In this document: one piece after another, positions 33,763-43,608 of the stretch | Position numbering within the stretch: the first letter of the stretch is position 1 | Layout: each line of letters begins with the position of its first letter | Assembly (NCBI RefSeq): GCF_003149375.1 | Contig: NZ_QFWH01000001.1 | Location: forward strand, 419,593-483,592 | Source of the DNA: Vampirovibrio chlorellavorus | GTDB lineage: Bacteria > Cyanobacteriota > Vampirovibrionia > Vampirovibrionales > Vampirovibrionaceae | Reading direction: 5' to 3' | DNA length: 64,000 nucleotides | Position numbers and translations under genes: made by a program | The notes under the pieces: model-generated | Databases searched by the model: none | The model's input: the letters and a program-made list of their open reading frames with translations, nothing else | What the model was told of the DNA's origin: nothing

Positions 33763-36306
33763 ATGGGCCGGACAGAGAGCGAGCAAGTTGCAACATCAGC
33801 GGAGGCATTGACCGTGCCCGCGCCATTGTCCGTTTACTACCATACGCATTGGGATCGGGAGTGGTACCTACCCTTCCGGGCCTATCAGTTGAGGTTGGTG
33901 GAGGTGGTGGATGATATTCTGGAGCGCTTGGAAAGCGGCGTTTTCTCCTGCTTTATGCTGGATGGGCAAACGGTGGTGCTGGAGGACTATCTGGCACTTC
34001 GTCCCCAACAGGCGGATCGGTTGCGGCATTTCATTCAGTACGGACAACTCAGTATTGGTCCCTGGTATGTCATGCCCGATGAGTTTTTGGTGGGCGGGGA
34101 AAGCCTCATTCGCAATTTGGCGCTGGGGCTGCGTCAATCCCGGGATTGGGGTTGTAAGGCCTTCACCGGCTATTTGCCGGACACCTTCGGGCATTCCGCG
34201 GATATGCCCACCCTTTTTCAGCACTGCGGCCTTGATTCGGCGGTGGTGTGGCGGGGAGTGTTCCCGAAAAAAAGCGTGTTCCAATGGCAAAGTCCTGCGG
34301 GTCATCTGGTTAAAACCTTGCACCTGACCGACGGTTATTTTCAGATGATGTTGCAGGACTGGACGGCGGAGCCGGAGGCGCAGGCTGCTGCCTTGCGGGG
34401 GTTGGTGCAAAAATTGAAAGCGGTTCAGGTGGAGGGCGTTCCGCCGCTGTTGCCCATGGGGGGCGATCATTTGGGGCCATTGCCAGCCGAAGCCCATCAG
34501 CGACTGAAGGCGTTGTATCCGAATTTACAGGCAACCACGCCCGATGCTTACTTGCGCCAATTTACCCCTATCGAGGCATTGGAAACGGTGGCTGGGGAAT
34601 TGGTGGATAATACGGGCAGTTTTCTGCTGCCGGGGGTGTATTCCGCCCGCATGTACCTGAAACAGGCTAACCGCAGGCTGGAGCATGCCCTGGTGCGTCA
34701 ACTGGAACCGTTGCTGGCCATGGCGCAGGGGTTACTCCCCAATCGGCAAGCTGAGTATCCTGAGCAGGCTTTGGCGTTAGCCTGGCAAACCCTGATCCTG
34801 AACCATCCCCACGATAGCATTTGCGGTTGCAGCGTGGATGCCGTACATCGGGAGAATGAGGTGCGCTTTGATCAGGTGGCGCAGATCGCTGAGGGGTTGC
34901 GGCAGCGCAGTGAACAGCGCTTTCGTCGGGTTCTGGCCACTGGGGATGAGTGGATTGTTTTCAATACCAGCGGGCAACCCTATACGGGGGTGGTGCCGGT
35001 GACAGAAGATGTTCCCGATGGGCAGGCTCCTTCTTTCCTGACCCAGCAGGCTTCGGAAACCGCTGTGCTACAGGATGAGTATCTCCACGATAGTCAGCGG
35101 ATTCCCCTGTCGCACCTGACCAAAGTGCGTCGTCAGGGCTGGATTTGGGTGGAGAACATTCCGCCGTTGGGCTATGCCGTGCTGAATCGGGATACAGCCC
35201 TTGGGAAGCAGGGCCACGCGACGGTTTTGGCTGATTCTGCCCGGCTGGAGAATGATCAGTTGCGGGTGTCTGTCGATGCCCAAGGCCGCTTATCCGTTGA
35301 GTGGATGGCCACCGGTCAGCGGTTTGAGGATTTGTTGACCTTTACCGATCGGCCGGATCAGGGGGATTCCTACAACAGTGGGCCGGTACCGGGTACGGTT
35401 CCTCAGGTGGCCGTGTTTACTGGTAGTCGGGTGGTGCAAGCCGGGCCGCTGGTGGGCATACTGGCGCTGACCCATCACTTCCCGGATTCTGATTGCTCGC
35501 TGGTCACGCAGGTTCGGCTAGATGCGGGGAGTGCCCGCCTGGATTTTGAAACCACCTTTATCAACCATGCCTCCCAGCATAAGCTGCAAGCGGTGTTCAA
35601 TACCGGGCAGCCGATTCGTCGGGTGGTGGCGGAAAGTCATTTGGGCGTGGTGGCGCGTACTTATGACCCAGCGTACCGGGAAGTGGATCGGATGCCTGTA
35701 GCGCCCATGCAGGAACTGGCGACCAATACGGGCCCCGTTCAGCGCTTTTTGAGCGCCAACGGTCAGGGTTTTGTTACCGAAGGCCTGTGCGAGTACGAAG
35801 TGTTTCAGGACACGCTGGCAATTACCTTGCTGCGGGCTTTTGGTGCTTTGTCCAGTGCGGATACGGGCGTACGAGGGGCTCAGGCTGGGCCTCCTTTTGA
35901 AACGCCGGAAGGGCAGTGTCTGGGGCGTATGTTCCGGTGTCGGTACGCCTGGACTCCCCAAGGGGATGAGCCGAGCGCTCTGTTTGAGATGGCGGATCGG
36001 TTTTATGGCACCGTATGGGGCCTGACCGGTGTTGCCCAGCAGGCCAGCGCAGCGCCAGCCGGGGCGCTGATCACGGTGGAAAACCCTGAAGTGGTGGTGG
36101 CGGCCTGCTACTGGTCGGTTGGGCAGGGCTGGATTCTGCGGTTACTGAACCCCACCGGACAGGAGCAACAAACGGCCCTGCATACCGGGTTTGAATGCGC
36201 TTCTCTGTGGGAGGTGAACTTTCTGGAGGAGCGGCAGCAGGCTGTTTCAGCGGCATCTGTGACCATTCCGGCCCGAAGTGTTAAAACCTTGCTGTTTGCG
36301 GTGTAG
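33763..36306 (+). CDS. Glycoside hydrolase family 38 alpha-mannosidase
   Basis: SVYYHTHWDREW is at the N-terminus. The motifs DGQTVVLEDY, GPWYVMPDE, GYLPDTFGH and LNHPHDSICGCSVD are present. The start is taken at ATG 33763 with AGGGAG upstream. Confidence 0.9.
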   Translation: MGRTESEQVATSAEALTVPAPLSVYYHTHWDREWYLPFRAYQLRLVEVVDDILERLESGVFSCFMLDGQTVVLEDYLALRPQQADRLRHFIQYGQLSIGPWYVMPDEFLVGGESLIRNLALGLRQSRDWGCKAFTGYLPDTFGHSADMPTLFQHCGLDSAVVWRGVFPKKSVFQWQSPAGHLVKTLHLTDGYFQMMLQDWTAEPEAQAAALRGLVQKLKAVQVEGVPPLLPMGGDHLGPLPAEAHQRLKALYPNLQATTPDAYLRQFTPIEALETVAGELVDNTGSFLLPGVYSARMYLKQANRRLEHALVRQLEPLLAMAQGLLPNRQAEYPEQALALAWQTLILNHPHDSICGCSVDAVHRENEVRFDQVAQIAEGLRQRSEQRFRRVLATGDEWIVFNTSGQPYTGVVPVTEDVPDGQAPSFLTQQASETAVLQDEYLHDSQRIPLSHLTKVRRQGWIWVENIPPLGYAVLNRDTALGKQGHATVLADSARLENDQLRVSVDAQGRLSVEWMATGQRFEDLLTFTDRPDQGDSYNSGPVPGTVPQVAVFTGSRVVQAGPLVGILALTHHFPDSDCSLVTQVRLDAGSARLDFETTFINHASQHKLQAVFNTGQPIRRVVAESHLGVVARTYDPAYREVDRMPVAPMQELATNTGPVQRFLSANGQGFVTEGLCEYEVFQDTLAITLLRAFGALSSADTGVRGAQAGPPFETPEGQCLGRMFRCRYAWTPQGDEPSALFEMADRFYGTVWGLTGVAQQASAAPAGALITVENPEVVVAACYWSVGQGWILRLLNPTGQEQQTALHTGFECASLWEVNFLEERQQAVSAASVTIPARSVKTLLFAV

Positions 36307-36335
36307 AATGGGGAGCATTAACGAGGTAAGTTTGG

Positions 36336-36758
36336 ATGACCCGCATGCGTTTTGTCACCCTTTGCATGGTTGCTGTGTGCCTGGCTTGGGCCGGGATGCA
36401 GCCAGTACAAGCCAGGTGGTTTGAGAAAAAAACACCCCCGGAAAACGATCCGGTCAAGCAGGTGCAGACGTTTCAGCCACCGCCGGAAAATGCCATGCTG
36501 ACTTATTGCGAGCCTTACCGAAAAAGCGCCGTGGATTTGAGCAAAAAACCGCTGCTGCTCAAGCCTTTCTATGAACCCCGGTTACTGTGGCTGATGAATG
36601 AGTACCGCAAATGTACCAACGAGCTGATGACGCAAGAGCATGAGTATCTGAAGCACGTGGACATTGAGCTTCCGCCCAGTTTGCCTAAAATGAAGCCGGT
36701 GGTGCTGCCCATCAACCAGCCGGAAGCCAAGCAGGAAGTGCCCAATGGAAACCTGTAG
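36336..36758 (+). CDS. Hypothetical secreted protein (signal peptide)
   Basis: The N-terminal MTRMRFVTLCMVAVCLAWAGMQPVQA is a signal peptide. No domain is recognised. Confidence 0.5.
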   Translation: MTRMRFVTLCMVAVCLAWAGMQPVQARWFEKKTPPENDPVKQVQTFQPPPENAMLTYCEPYRKSAVDLSKKPLLLKPFYEPRLLWLMNEYRKCTNELMTQEHEYLKHVDIELPPSLPKMKPVVLPINQPEAKQEVPNGNL

Positions 36759-37047
36759 TGCGTTGAGTGGCATCTTGTTGATGCTGGCTGAATTTGGCTT
36801 GTTATTGGCTTTGGGCTTTTTGTTGTTGCGCCTGATTTACTGGCAAACGCTGGTTGCCGAGCGTCAATCGCAGTGGTTGGCGGATTGTCGGTTGGCGGCC
36901 CGCCGGATTCGTGGCCTGCGTCGCCAAATTCTGGCGGTGGAGGCATCGGCTGTGGCATTGCCGCTCAGCCCCCGTTTGCGGCGAACCTGGAAATGGATTC
37001 GCTGGACGGCCCGGCTTTTCAAGCGCTCTGGAATGGCCTGTTCTTGA
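36745..37047 (+). CDS. Hypothetical small membrane protein, Arg-rich after one TM
   Basis: The TM helix is ILLMLAEFGLLLALGFLLL. It overlaps the upstream gene by 14 nt. Confidence 0.4.
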   Translation: METCSALSGILLMLAEFGLLLALGFLLLRLIYWQTLVAERQSQWLADCRLAARRIRGLRRQILAVEASAVALPLSPRLRRTWKWIRWTARLFKRSGMACS

Positions 37048-37110
37048 CGCTTCTGACCCGGTGGCGTAGACTGGCAGTAGTCGTTGTTGTTCAAGAAAGA
37101 GGAGAGAACG

Positions 37111-37446
37111 GTGGCTAACGAATCTTACAAAAGTGACGGCGACGGTATCCTGCTTTTTTTGTCCGGCATGGCTCTGGGTATTTTAGGTGGCGGACTGGCC
37201 GGGGTTTTGTTTGCTCCCAAGTCTGGCGATGAGTTGCGGGCCGATGCCAACGCCTTTGTGCGGAGCTTGCCCGGGCGCATGAATGAGGAATTACACAATC
37301 CCAACGCCCGCACCCGGGAATTCATTGAAAAGACTCGCTACAGTATTGAGAATCAGGTGGGCAAGGTCAAAAAAGACCGGGACGCTGATCGCATGGCCAA
37401 GGCCAAAATGGCCGAAGAGCTGGCCAGTGGTTACGAGTTTAACTAG
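37111..37446 (+). CDS. YtxH-like general stress protein, copy 1
   Basis: GILLFLSGMALGILGGGLAGVLFAPKSGDELR is the YtxH signature. It has a GTG start with AAAGAGGAGAG 5 nt upstream. Confidence 0.7.
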   Translation: MANESYKSDGDGILLFLSGMALGILGGGLAGVLFAPKSGDELRADANAFVRSLPGRMNEELHNPNARTREFIEKTRYSIENQVGKVKKDRDADRMAKAKMAEELASGYEFN

Positions 37447-37482
37447 CGAACGCACGAATTAACCTTTGGGGGAAACAGGCTG

Positions 37483-37839
37483 ATGGAACCAAATGCCACC
37501 CAAGCGGAAATGGCTCATCTACTGCGAGTGAGCTGGATCGTTCTGATACCGGCTGGCGTTTTGCTGAGTCTGGTGCTGTACAAGCTGGCCATGTTGTTGC
37601 ACAGTTTGTTGGATTTTCTGAATTTGGCCCGCTACGAGCTGGCCCCGGCCATGAAAGACGTTCGTTTGATTGCCGAGCATGTGGAAATGCTCAGTGATCG
37701 GGCCGCCAGTGGGGTGAAGTCCATTGAGGAAGGGGTGGCTTCCACCAAGCCTGTCTTACAATCCCTGGGCCGAGAGATTCAACATGGATTCCAGTCCTTC
37801 TGGGGTGGAATCATCAAGTCATTTAACCGCAAGCGATAG
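37483..37839 (+). CDS. DUF948 (YtxG-like) membrane protein
   Basis: An N-terminal TM is followed by a helical region of about 80 aa, a DUF948-like architecture. Confidence 0.55.
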   Translation: MEPNATQAEMAHLLRVSWIVLIPAGVLLSLVLYKLAMLLHSLLDFLNLARYELAPAMKDVRLIAEHVEMLSDRAASGVKSIEEGVASTKPVLQSLGREIQHGFQSFWGGIIKSFNRKR

Positions 37840-37850
37840 GGAGATACACC

Positions 37851-38162
37851 ATGTCCAGCTCATCCTCACTGGGAAAATTTATTTTAGGCACCCTGGTTGG
37901 CGGGGCGGTTGGTGCGGCCATTGGCATGTTGCTGGCGCCACGCAGCGGCGCTGAAACCCGTGAACTGATTCGGGAGGAACTGGATAACCGTTACCGGGAA
38001 TCCTCGGACGCCCTGCGGGAGAAGTCTGATTTGCTGAAAGAAAAGGCTGCCGCTTTCAAGGATAAGATGTGCGATCTGTCGTCCGAGCTGGAAGAAACTG
38101 GCCGCAAGACGGTCAGCCGCCTGACGGATGCGGTGAAAAAGACGTCTGAGACCCCCTCGTAA
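37851..38162 (+). CDS. YtxH-like general stress protein, copy 2
   Basis: GKFILGTLVGGAVGAAIGMLLAPRSGAETRELIREEL is the YtxH signature. Confidence 0.7.
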   Translation: MSSSSSLGKFILGTLVGGAVGAAIGMLLAPRSGAETRELIREELDNRYRESSDALREKSDLLKEKAAAFKDKMCDLSSELEETGRKTVSRLTDAVKKTSETPS

Positions 38163-38178
38163 TCGGGGGCGTTTTTGG

Positions 38179-39024
38179 GTGACACGGCTTTATATTTCCG
38201 CGGATATTGAGGGGGCCTGCGGCGTGGTCTCTACGCACCATTGCGCCCCACACCCCGATCGCACCGTCTATGACTGGGCCGTGAATCAGTTGGCCGCGGA
38301 AGTCAACGCCGTGGTTCAAACTGCCCTTGCCGAAGGTGTGTCCCACATTTTGGTGAATGATTCTCATTTCACCATGACCAATTTACGGCTGGATCAGCTG
38401 GATTCCCGGGTGTCGGTGTTGACGGGCAAGCCCAAGCGCTGCGCCATGTCCGCCGGGCTGGACGCCAGTTATGACGCGGCCATTTACGTGGGCTACCACG
38501 CCAAAGCGGGTACCCATCAGGGCGTGTTGTGCCATACGTTTCACTCCAAGCTGTTTGATGTCTCGATTAATGGCGTGTCTTATGGGGAAGGCGGGATCAA
38601 TGCCTTGTACGCCAGTTTGGTACACGGCGTACCGGTTATTTTAACCAGTGGGGATCGGGCTTATTTATCAGAAATTCGTTCCTTGATTCCCGGGCTTGAA
38701 ACCGTGGAAACCAAAGTGGGCCTCACGTACACGGCGGCTGAATGTCATCCGGTGCAGGCCGTGTTGGCGGATTATCAGGCCAAAACCTGTCAGATTCTCA
38801 AAAATCATGCTGTCTGGTCGAAAAATCTCCTGACATTAAAGGGGCCTTACGAGTTGGTCTTGACCTTTATCAACCCCTTGGCCGCCGATGCCGCCAACAC
38901 CATTCCTGGCGTTCAGCGTGTGGATGGCACTCGCATTGCCTTCCAAACGGATCAGTTTGAAGTGGTTTATCAGATGCTGCAATCTTGCTACAGCATTTTG
39001 GCCTATACCCAGTACCTGGAATAA
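38179..39024 (+). CDS. dppA: D-aminopeptidase DppA (peptidase M55)
   Basis: MTRLYISADIEGACGVVS... LVNDSH... VGYHAKAG resembles B. subtilis DppA MKLYMSVDMEGISG...LVNDSH...GYHA. Confidence 0.85.
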   Translation: MTRLYISADIEGACGVVSTHHCAPHPDRTVYDWAVNQLAAEVNAVVQTALAEGVSHILVNDSHFTMTNLRLDQLDSRVSVLTGKPKRCAMSAGLDASYDAAIYVGYHAKAGTHQGVLCHTFHSKLFDVSINGVSYGEGGINALYASLVHGVPVILTSGDRAYLSEIRSLIPGLETVETKVGLTYTAAECHPVQAVLADYQAKTCQILKNHAVWSKNLLTLKGPYELVLTFINPLAADAANTIPGVQRVDGTRIAFQTDQFEVVYQMLQSCYSILAYTQYLE

Positions 39025-39170
39025 ACCCCCAAGCGGCTTGTTTCCAAAGATCTTGTCAGCATGGCGAAGTATTTGCGGAGATTGGTAAAGATTTGAAACG
39101 ATTTAGGAATTGCTTCACAAATTTTTGAGTTTTGTAGCAATTTGTTACGTTGTAACGTTTTTATACCAGT

Positions 39171-39422
39171 GTGATCCATTTTATATTCGGGTCATTTCAG
39201 AAGCAGTATCGTAACTTTAAAGGTCTAGCACCCATGATGCCCTCCATTCATCCTTTGATGGCGGCGCTGATTATTTCGTATTCTCAGGGGCAAAAGGTTC
39301 ATCAGGATTTATCCTCTGAAAAACGAGAAAAAGAACGCCTTTTTCATCAAAAAGACATCCTGTGGAAGCAGTTCGTAAGCCAGTCCAGGGCCGTTGATAC
39401 GTCTAAAGGCATTCTGGCCTAG
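39171..39422 (+). CDS. Hypothetical small ORF inside an AT-rich islet
   Basis: 83-aa ORF in a locally low-GC segment (about 39030..39430). No similarity is recognised. Confidence 0.2.
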   Translation: MIHFIFGSFQKQYRNFKGLAPMMPSIHPLMAALIISYSQGQKVHQDLSSEKREKERLFHQKDILWKQFVSQSRAVDTSKGILA

Positions 39423-39434
39423 CACTTGGCTCGG

Positions 39435-40172
39435 CTAAAAGGGCTTTTGCCCCACTTGCAGAGAGACCGAGCCCAGCATGAGCGTTTGAGACGCCACGTT
39501 GACGCAGCCTGTCTGCTCAAACAATTGCTTCAGCTCCTGCGGGGTTAAAAAGTGCCGGGTGGAGTTGGAAAGATACTGGTAAGCCTGACTGTCCTGGGCC
39601 AGCATGCCGCCCAGTAGGGGTACTATTTTGGAGAAGTAGAACTGCATACCGGGCAACAGGGGCTTGGGCGCCGTATCCAGATTGACCATCCAGCCGCCCG
39701 GCTTGATGACCCGGTGCATTTCGGTCAAGGCCCTGGGGATATCGGTCACATTCCGCAGGCCAAAACTGATAATGGCCCCATCAAAGCGGTTGTCCTCATA
39801 GGGTAAAGCCAAGGCATCGCCCTGAGTGAGCGATACTTGGGCCTGATCCTGATAGCGCTGCCGGGCAAAGGAGAGCATTTGGGCCGAAAAATCGAGCCCG
39901 CAGACCTGGCCTTGTTCTCCTACCAGCGGCAAGAGGTAGGCAATCAGGTCGCCGGTGCCGGTGCAGATATCCAGGGCCTGATGGCCGGGCTGGAGCTTCA
40001 ACTTTTGGCAGGCCAAGCGTTTCCACTGCTTATGAAATCCCATGGAGATCCAGTTGTTCAGGCGATCGTAGCTCCCGGCAATGCGGTCAAACATTTGTTC
40101 CACCTGCTGGGCTTTGCTGGTGGCCGCCTTCTGGGGATCGGGCAGAATGCTGGAGAGAGAGGATTTGCTCAT
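39435..40172 (-). CDS. ubiE: Demethylmenaquinone/ubiquinone C-methyltransferase
   Basis: QVEQMFDRIAGSYDRLN... LDICTGTGD... DGAIISFGLRNVTD are the UbiE/MenG signatures. Confidence 0.9.
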   Translation of the reverse strand: MSKSSLSSILPDPQKAATSKAQQVEQMFDRIAGSYDRLNNWISMGFHKQWKRLACQKLKLQPGHQALDICTGTGDLIAYLLPLVGEQGQVCGLDFSAQMLSFARQRYQDQAQVSLTQGDALALPYEDNRFDGAIISFGLRNVTDIPRALTEMHRVIKPGGWMVNLDTAPKPLLPGMQFYFSKIVPLLGGMLAQDSQAYQYLSNSTRHFLTPQELKQLFEQTGCVNVASQTLMLGSVSLQVGQKPF

Positions 40173-40232
40173 AATGCTTCTATTGTGCCACGAAGGCGGG
40201 TGCTTGGCGATGGCTGTCCTGTCTGGAGTACC

Positions 40233-41369
40233 TCAAGACTCGAAAGTCGGGTAGCTGACCTTGGGCGGGGGCAGTGTGCCGTAGACCACCCGATTTTTAC
40301 CCTGCTTTTTGGCCTCATACAGTGCCGCGTCTGATTTCTCGATGATTTCATAGCCCTTGCTGTCATGTAAATCCAGCTGGGCCACCCCCACGCTGATGGT
40401 GGCGGTAATGGGGTTATCGGGCAGGCAAAACACGGTGCGCTCAATCATGGCCCGCAGGCGCTCCAGTAACTCGTAAGCGTCGATTTGTCCGGTTTCCGGC
40501 AAAATCAGGGCGAACTCTTCCCCGCCATAGCGGGCCGCCACATCGGATTCCCGGATGTTCTGGGTGATGAGCTGGCCCAGCTCTTTTAATATGCGATCGC
40601 CGGTGGTGTGGCCGTAGAAATCGTTTATTTTCTTGAAATCATCAATGTCAAACAACGCCAGCGATAAGGGCTTGCGGTACCGCCGGGCCCGGGCCATCTC
40701 GGCATCCAGTTGCTGGTTGAATTGTCGCCGGTTGATGAGGCCCGTTAAACCGTCGGTGGCGGCCAGCGATTGCAATTTGGAGACTCGGTTGGAGGTGTGC
40801 CGCTGGGTGGAAGCCACAATGCCTCCCAGATGATGAAGGGCCAGCACCGCCGGGCCCAGCATGCCAAGCAGGCGAAGTCCCAGCGGAACCCCACTGAAGG
40901 CATTGGCCTGTAGGCCCACTAAAAAAGGGTAGCCCAGCGCGAAGCTGGCCATATAAAGCAGTCCGAAAATGACCAGCAAGGTTCGGGCCACCCCGTTGTG
41001 GCCAAATAACTGGGCTTGTAAACTGATGACCACGCCCAGCAGGAGCAGTCCGAGCTGCCCCGACAGCAGGTAATGAAAGCCCACCAGCAAGGCGGTCACC
41101 AGCGGTAGCAGGAGGCTTAGCTTCTCCAGTGTGACATCATCCAGCCGGGGGTGCCGTTTGAAGGAGCGCAGGCTGATTTCGTTCAGCAGTAGAAAAAGTA
41201 CGGCGCTCAGCCCGGCCAGACTTAAGCGAAGGCCAATCCAGGGCGCGCCCAAATCGAGGACGCTGCCTGGCAACCTGACCGAGACAAGCGCCAGCAGCGT
41301 ATAGGCCAGCAGACAGAAGCCGACGGTTCGGCTGAGTCGAAATCCATGTTTTAAGTGACTATGAAACAC
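40233..41369 (-). CDS. Diguanylate cyclase (GGDEF). It has an N-terminal 5-6 TM sensor-less membrane domain
   Basis: GLTGLINRRQF... RYGGEEFALILPETG, an intact GGEEF active site. Confidence 0.9.
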   Translation of the reverse strand: MFHSHLKHGFRLSRTVGFCLLAYTLLALVSVRLPGSVLDLGAPWIGLRLSLAGLSAVLFLLLNEISLRSFKRHPRLDDVTLEKLSLLLPLVTALLVGFHYLLSGQLGLLLLGVVISLQAQLFGHNGVARTLLVIFGLLYMASFALGYPFLVGLQANAFSGVPLGLRLLGMLGPAVLALHHLGGIVASTQRHTSNRVSKLQSLAATDGLTGLINRRQFNQQLDAEMARARRYRKPLSLALFDIDDFKKINDFYGHTTGDRILKELGQLITQNIRESDVAARYGGEEFALILPETGQIDAYELLERLRAMIERTVFCLPDNPITATISVGVAQLDLHDSKGYEIIEKSDAALYEAKKQGKNRVVYGTLPPPKVSYPTFES

Positions 41370-41405
41370 AGGGTCAGCCTCTCCTTCTGGCTGCGAGTTC
41401 TGCGG

Positions 41406-42182
41406 TTATGGCTTTTTCAGGGTGCTGTTAATTTCTTCCAGGCGCCGGATGGCCTCCAGGCCAATGGAATTGCCGATTTCAACCCCTTTTGCTTTTTCAT
41501 AATAGGGGCGGGCCTTTTCCAGCTCTCCCTGATTTTCGTACAGAGTCCCCAGGTTAAACAAGGTGCGCTGATCGTTGGCTTGTACTTTCAGGGCTTGCAG
41601 ATACGCTTGTTCGGCCTCCTGAAGGCGTCCCGATTTTTGAAGCACACTGCCCTTATTGAACCAGTACTGGCTATTTCCGGGGTCCAGTGTGGTCAGCTTG
41701 TCGAAGGTTTTCAGGGCCTGATCGATATTTTTGTTAAAGGCGTAGGCCGTGGAAAGCCCGTTGAGGGTGTTGAGGTGGTTGGGGTTGATGGTGAGGGCTT
41801 TCTCAAAGGCGGCAATCGCCTTACGGTAATCCCGCAAGGTCAGGTAGGCAAACCCGATGTTGCTTTGGGCTTCCACCAGCTTGGGATTGGTGCCCAGGGC
41901 CAGCTCAAACTGCTTGATGGCTTCTTTCAGCAGTTTTTTCTGGCCCTCACTGTTCCCTTTTTCATTTTGAATCTGGGCGATTTGAAAGAGTTCCACCCCT
42001 TTGTTATAGGTCTCCGCTCCGGGAGGCAGGTTGCCTTCCTTCTCCGCTTGGGCGGAGGGACTGGTTTCGGGACGCTGGCCGCTGGCCTTGGTATCGGCCA
42101 AGCTGGGGCTTCCACCCAGCCAGAGCAGCAGAATGAGGAACAGGGAATACCAGGGGTTACGCAAATTGAAGCGATGGCGCAT
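41406..42182 (-). CDS. TPR-repeat protein with an N-terminal signal peptide
   Basis: It has a signal peptide and several TPR units (AEQAYLQALKV..., YWFNKGSVLQKSGRLQEA). Confidence 0.7.
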   Translation of the reverse strand: MRHRFNLRNPWYSLFLILLLWLGGSPSLADTKASGQRPETSPSAQAEKEGNLPPGAETYNKGVELFQIAQIQNEKGNSEGQKKLLKEAIKQFELALGTNPKLVEAQSNIGFAYLTLRDYRKAIAAFEKALTINPNHLNTLNGLSTAYAFNKNIDQALKTFDKLTTLDPGNSQYWFNKGSVLQKSGRLQEAEQAYLQALKVQANDQRTLFNLGTLYENQGELEKARPYYEKAKGVEIGNSIGLEAIRRLEEINSTLKKP

Positions 42183-42187
42183 GCGGA

Positions 42188-43537
42188 CTATACAACCTCC
42201 GTCCAGGCGTCGTGATTATTGAGAATGTCGCGGTTCAGTTCGCCTTCACTGGAGGCCACCAGGGTGGCCACGGTGCAGCTACTGACCACATTGACCACGG
42301 TACGGCACATATCCAGCACCCGATCGATGGACCACAACATGGCAATGCCCCCGGCCAGCAGATCCATCTGGAAGTGGCCGATGCTGTTGAGGACGATGGC
42401 GATGGTAATTAGTCCGGCGCTGGGCACGCCTGCCGCCCCGATGGAGGCCACGATGGAAAAAAGGACGATGAAGCCGACTTTATCCGGGGTGACTTCAATT
42501 TGATAGGCCTGTAACAGGAAAATGACGGCGATGACCTCGAACATGGTGGTGGCCGTTTTGTTGATGGTGGCGCCAGTGGGCAGCACAAAGCTGGCAATGC
42601 GGTTGGATACCCCGGCCCGACGTTCCATGCAGGCGATGGTAATGGGTAATGTCGCAGAGCTGCTGGCCGTACCGAAGGCCACCATGATGGCTTCCGAAAT
42701 GGCCCGATACACGTTCATAAAGTTGATTTTGCCCAAAAACTTCAGCATGAGCGGAAAAATAATGAATAGCTGGATGAGCAGCCCCATCAGGATGGTGAGG
42801 GCATAGACCCACAGTTGTCCGAACACGCCCAGCCCGGATTTGGCCACGGTGATAAAGGCCAGTGAAAAGACCCCGGGTACGGCCAGAATCATGACCCAAT
42901 CGGTCAGTTTCATGGTGGCCGTAAACAGGGATTCAAAAAAGTTGATGATGGGCTTGCCGGCTTCGCCCACACTGGCTACCGCCGCCCCAAATAGCAGGGT
43001 GTACACAATCACCGGTACCAGGTCGGCCTGTGCCAGCGACTCCATGGGGTTCCGGGGAATCATATTGAAAAACAGCGCCTGTAAACTCTGGCTGGGGGCG
43101 TTCTGAAGTTCCCGGATAATGGTGGCGGCATCGGCGGTCATCAGCAGATTCTGCTGAATTTGGGAGCCCGGCTCCATCCACAGGGCTAAGCCTGCTCCAA
43201 GCAGGGCGCTAATGCCCATTAGCAGCAGGAAATAAAACAGGACCTTTCCGCCCATGCGGCCCAATTGACGAGAATCTCCCAGGGAGGACACACCCACAAT
43301 CAGGGAGCTGACCACCAGCGGCACCACCACCATGGTAATCAAACGGATGAAAAGCTGACCCACGACATCAAACAATTGGTGAATGAAATAGTAGGAATCC
43401 GGTTGCAGGGATTGATTGGGGTAGGGCAGGTAGATGCCCAGCACCACGCCCAGTAAAATGGCCGCCAAAATGTGCCAGTGCCGCTTGGTACCCAGTCCCA
43501 ACGCTACCAGTATCAACCAGAAGGCTTTAGCTCTCAT
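42188..43537 (-). CDS. gltP: Dicarboxylate/amino acid:cation symporter (DAACS family, GltP-like)
   Basis: About 8 TM segments and the hairpin motifs GTASSSATLPIT and AGVPSAGLITI. The start is at Met6 of the ORF. Confidence 0.85.
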   Translation of the reverse strand: MRAKAFWLILVALGLGTKRHWHILAAILLGVVLGIYLPYPNQSLQPDSYYFIHQLFDVVGQLFIRLITMVVVPLVVSSLIVGVSSLGDSRQLGRMGGKVLFYFLLLMGISALLGAGLALWMEPGSQIQQNLLMTADAATIIRELQNAPSQSLQALFFNMIPRNPMESLAQADLVPVIVYTLLFGAAVASVGEAGKPIINFFESLFTATMKLTDWVMILAVPGVFSLAFITVAKSGLGVFGQLWVYALTILMGLLIQLFIIFPLMLKFLGKINFMNVYRAISEAIMVAFGTASSSATLPITIACMERRAGVSNRIASFVLPTGATINKTATTMFEVIAVIFLLQAYQIEVTPDKVGFIVLFSIVASIGAAGVPSAGLITIAIVLNSIGHFQMDLLAGGIAMLWSIDRVLDMCRTVVNVVSSCTVATLVASSEGELNRDILNNHDAWTEVV

Positions 43538-43608
43538 CGGGGATCCTTCCACTCCATAAAAAGATAGAATCTTTATTATATGTCATAGATGGCGGCACAC
43601 GTACGGAA

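Noticed and set aside
33868-34497. 209-aa minus-strand ORF and several others inside 33763..36306
   Set aside because: They are antisense to the GH38 alpha-mannosidase.
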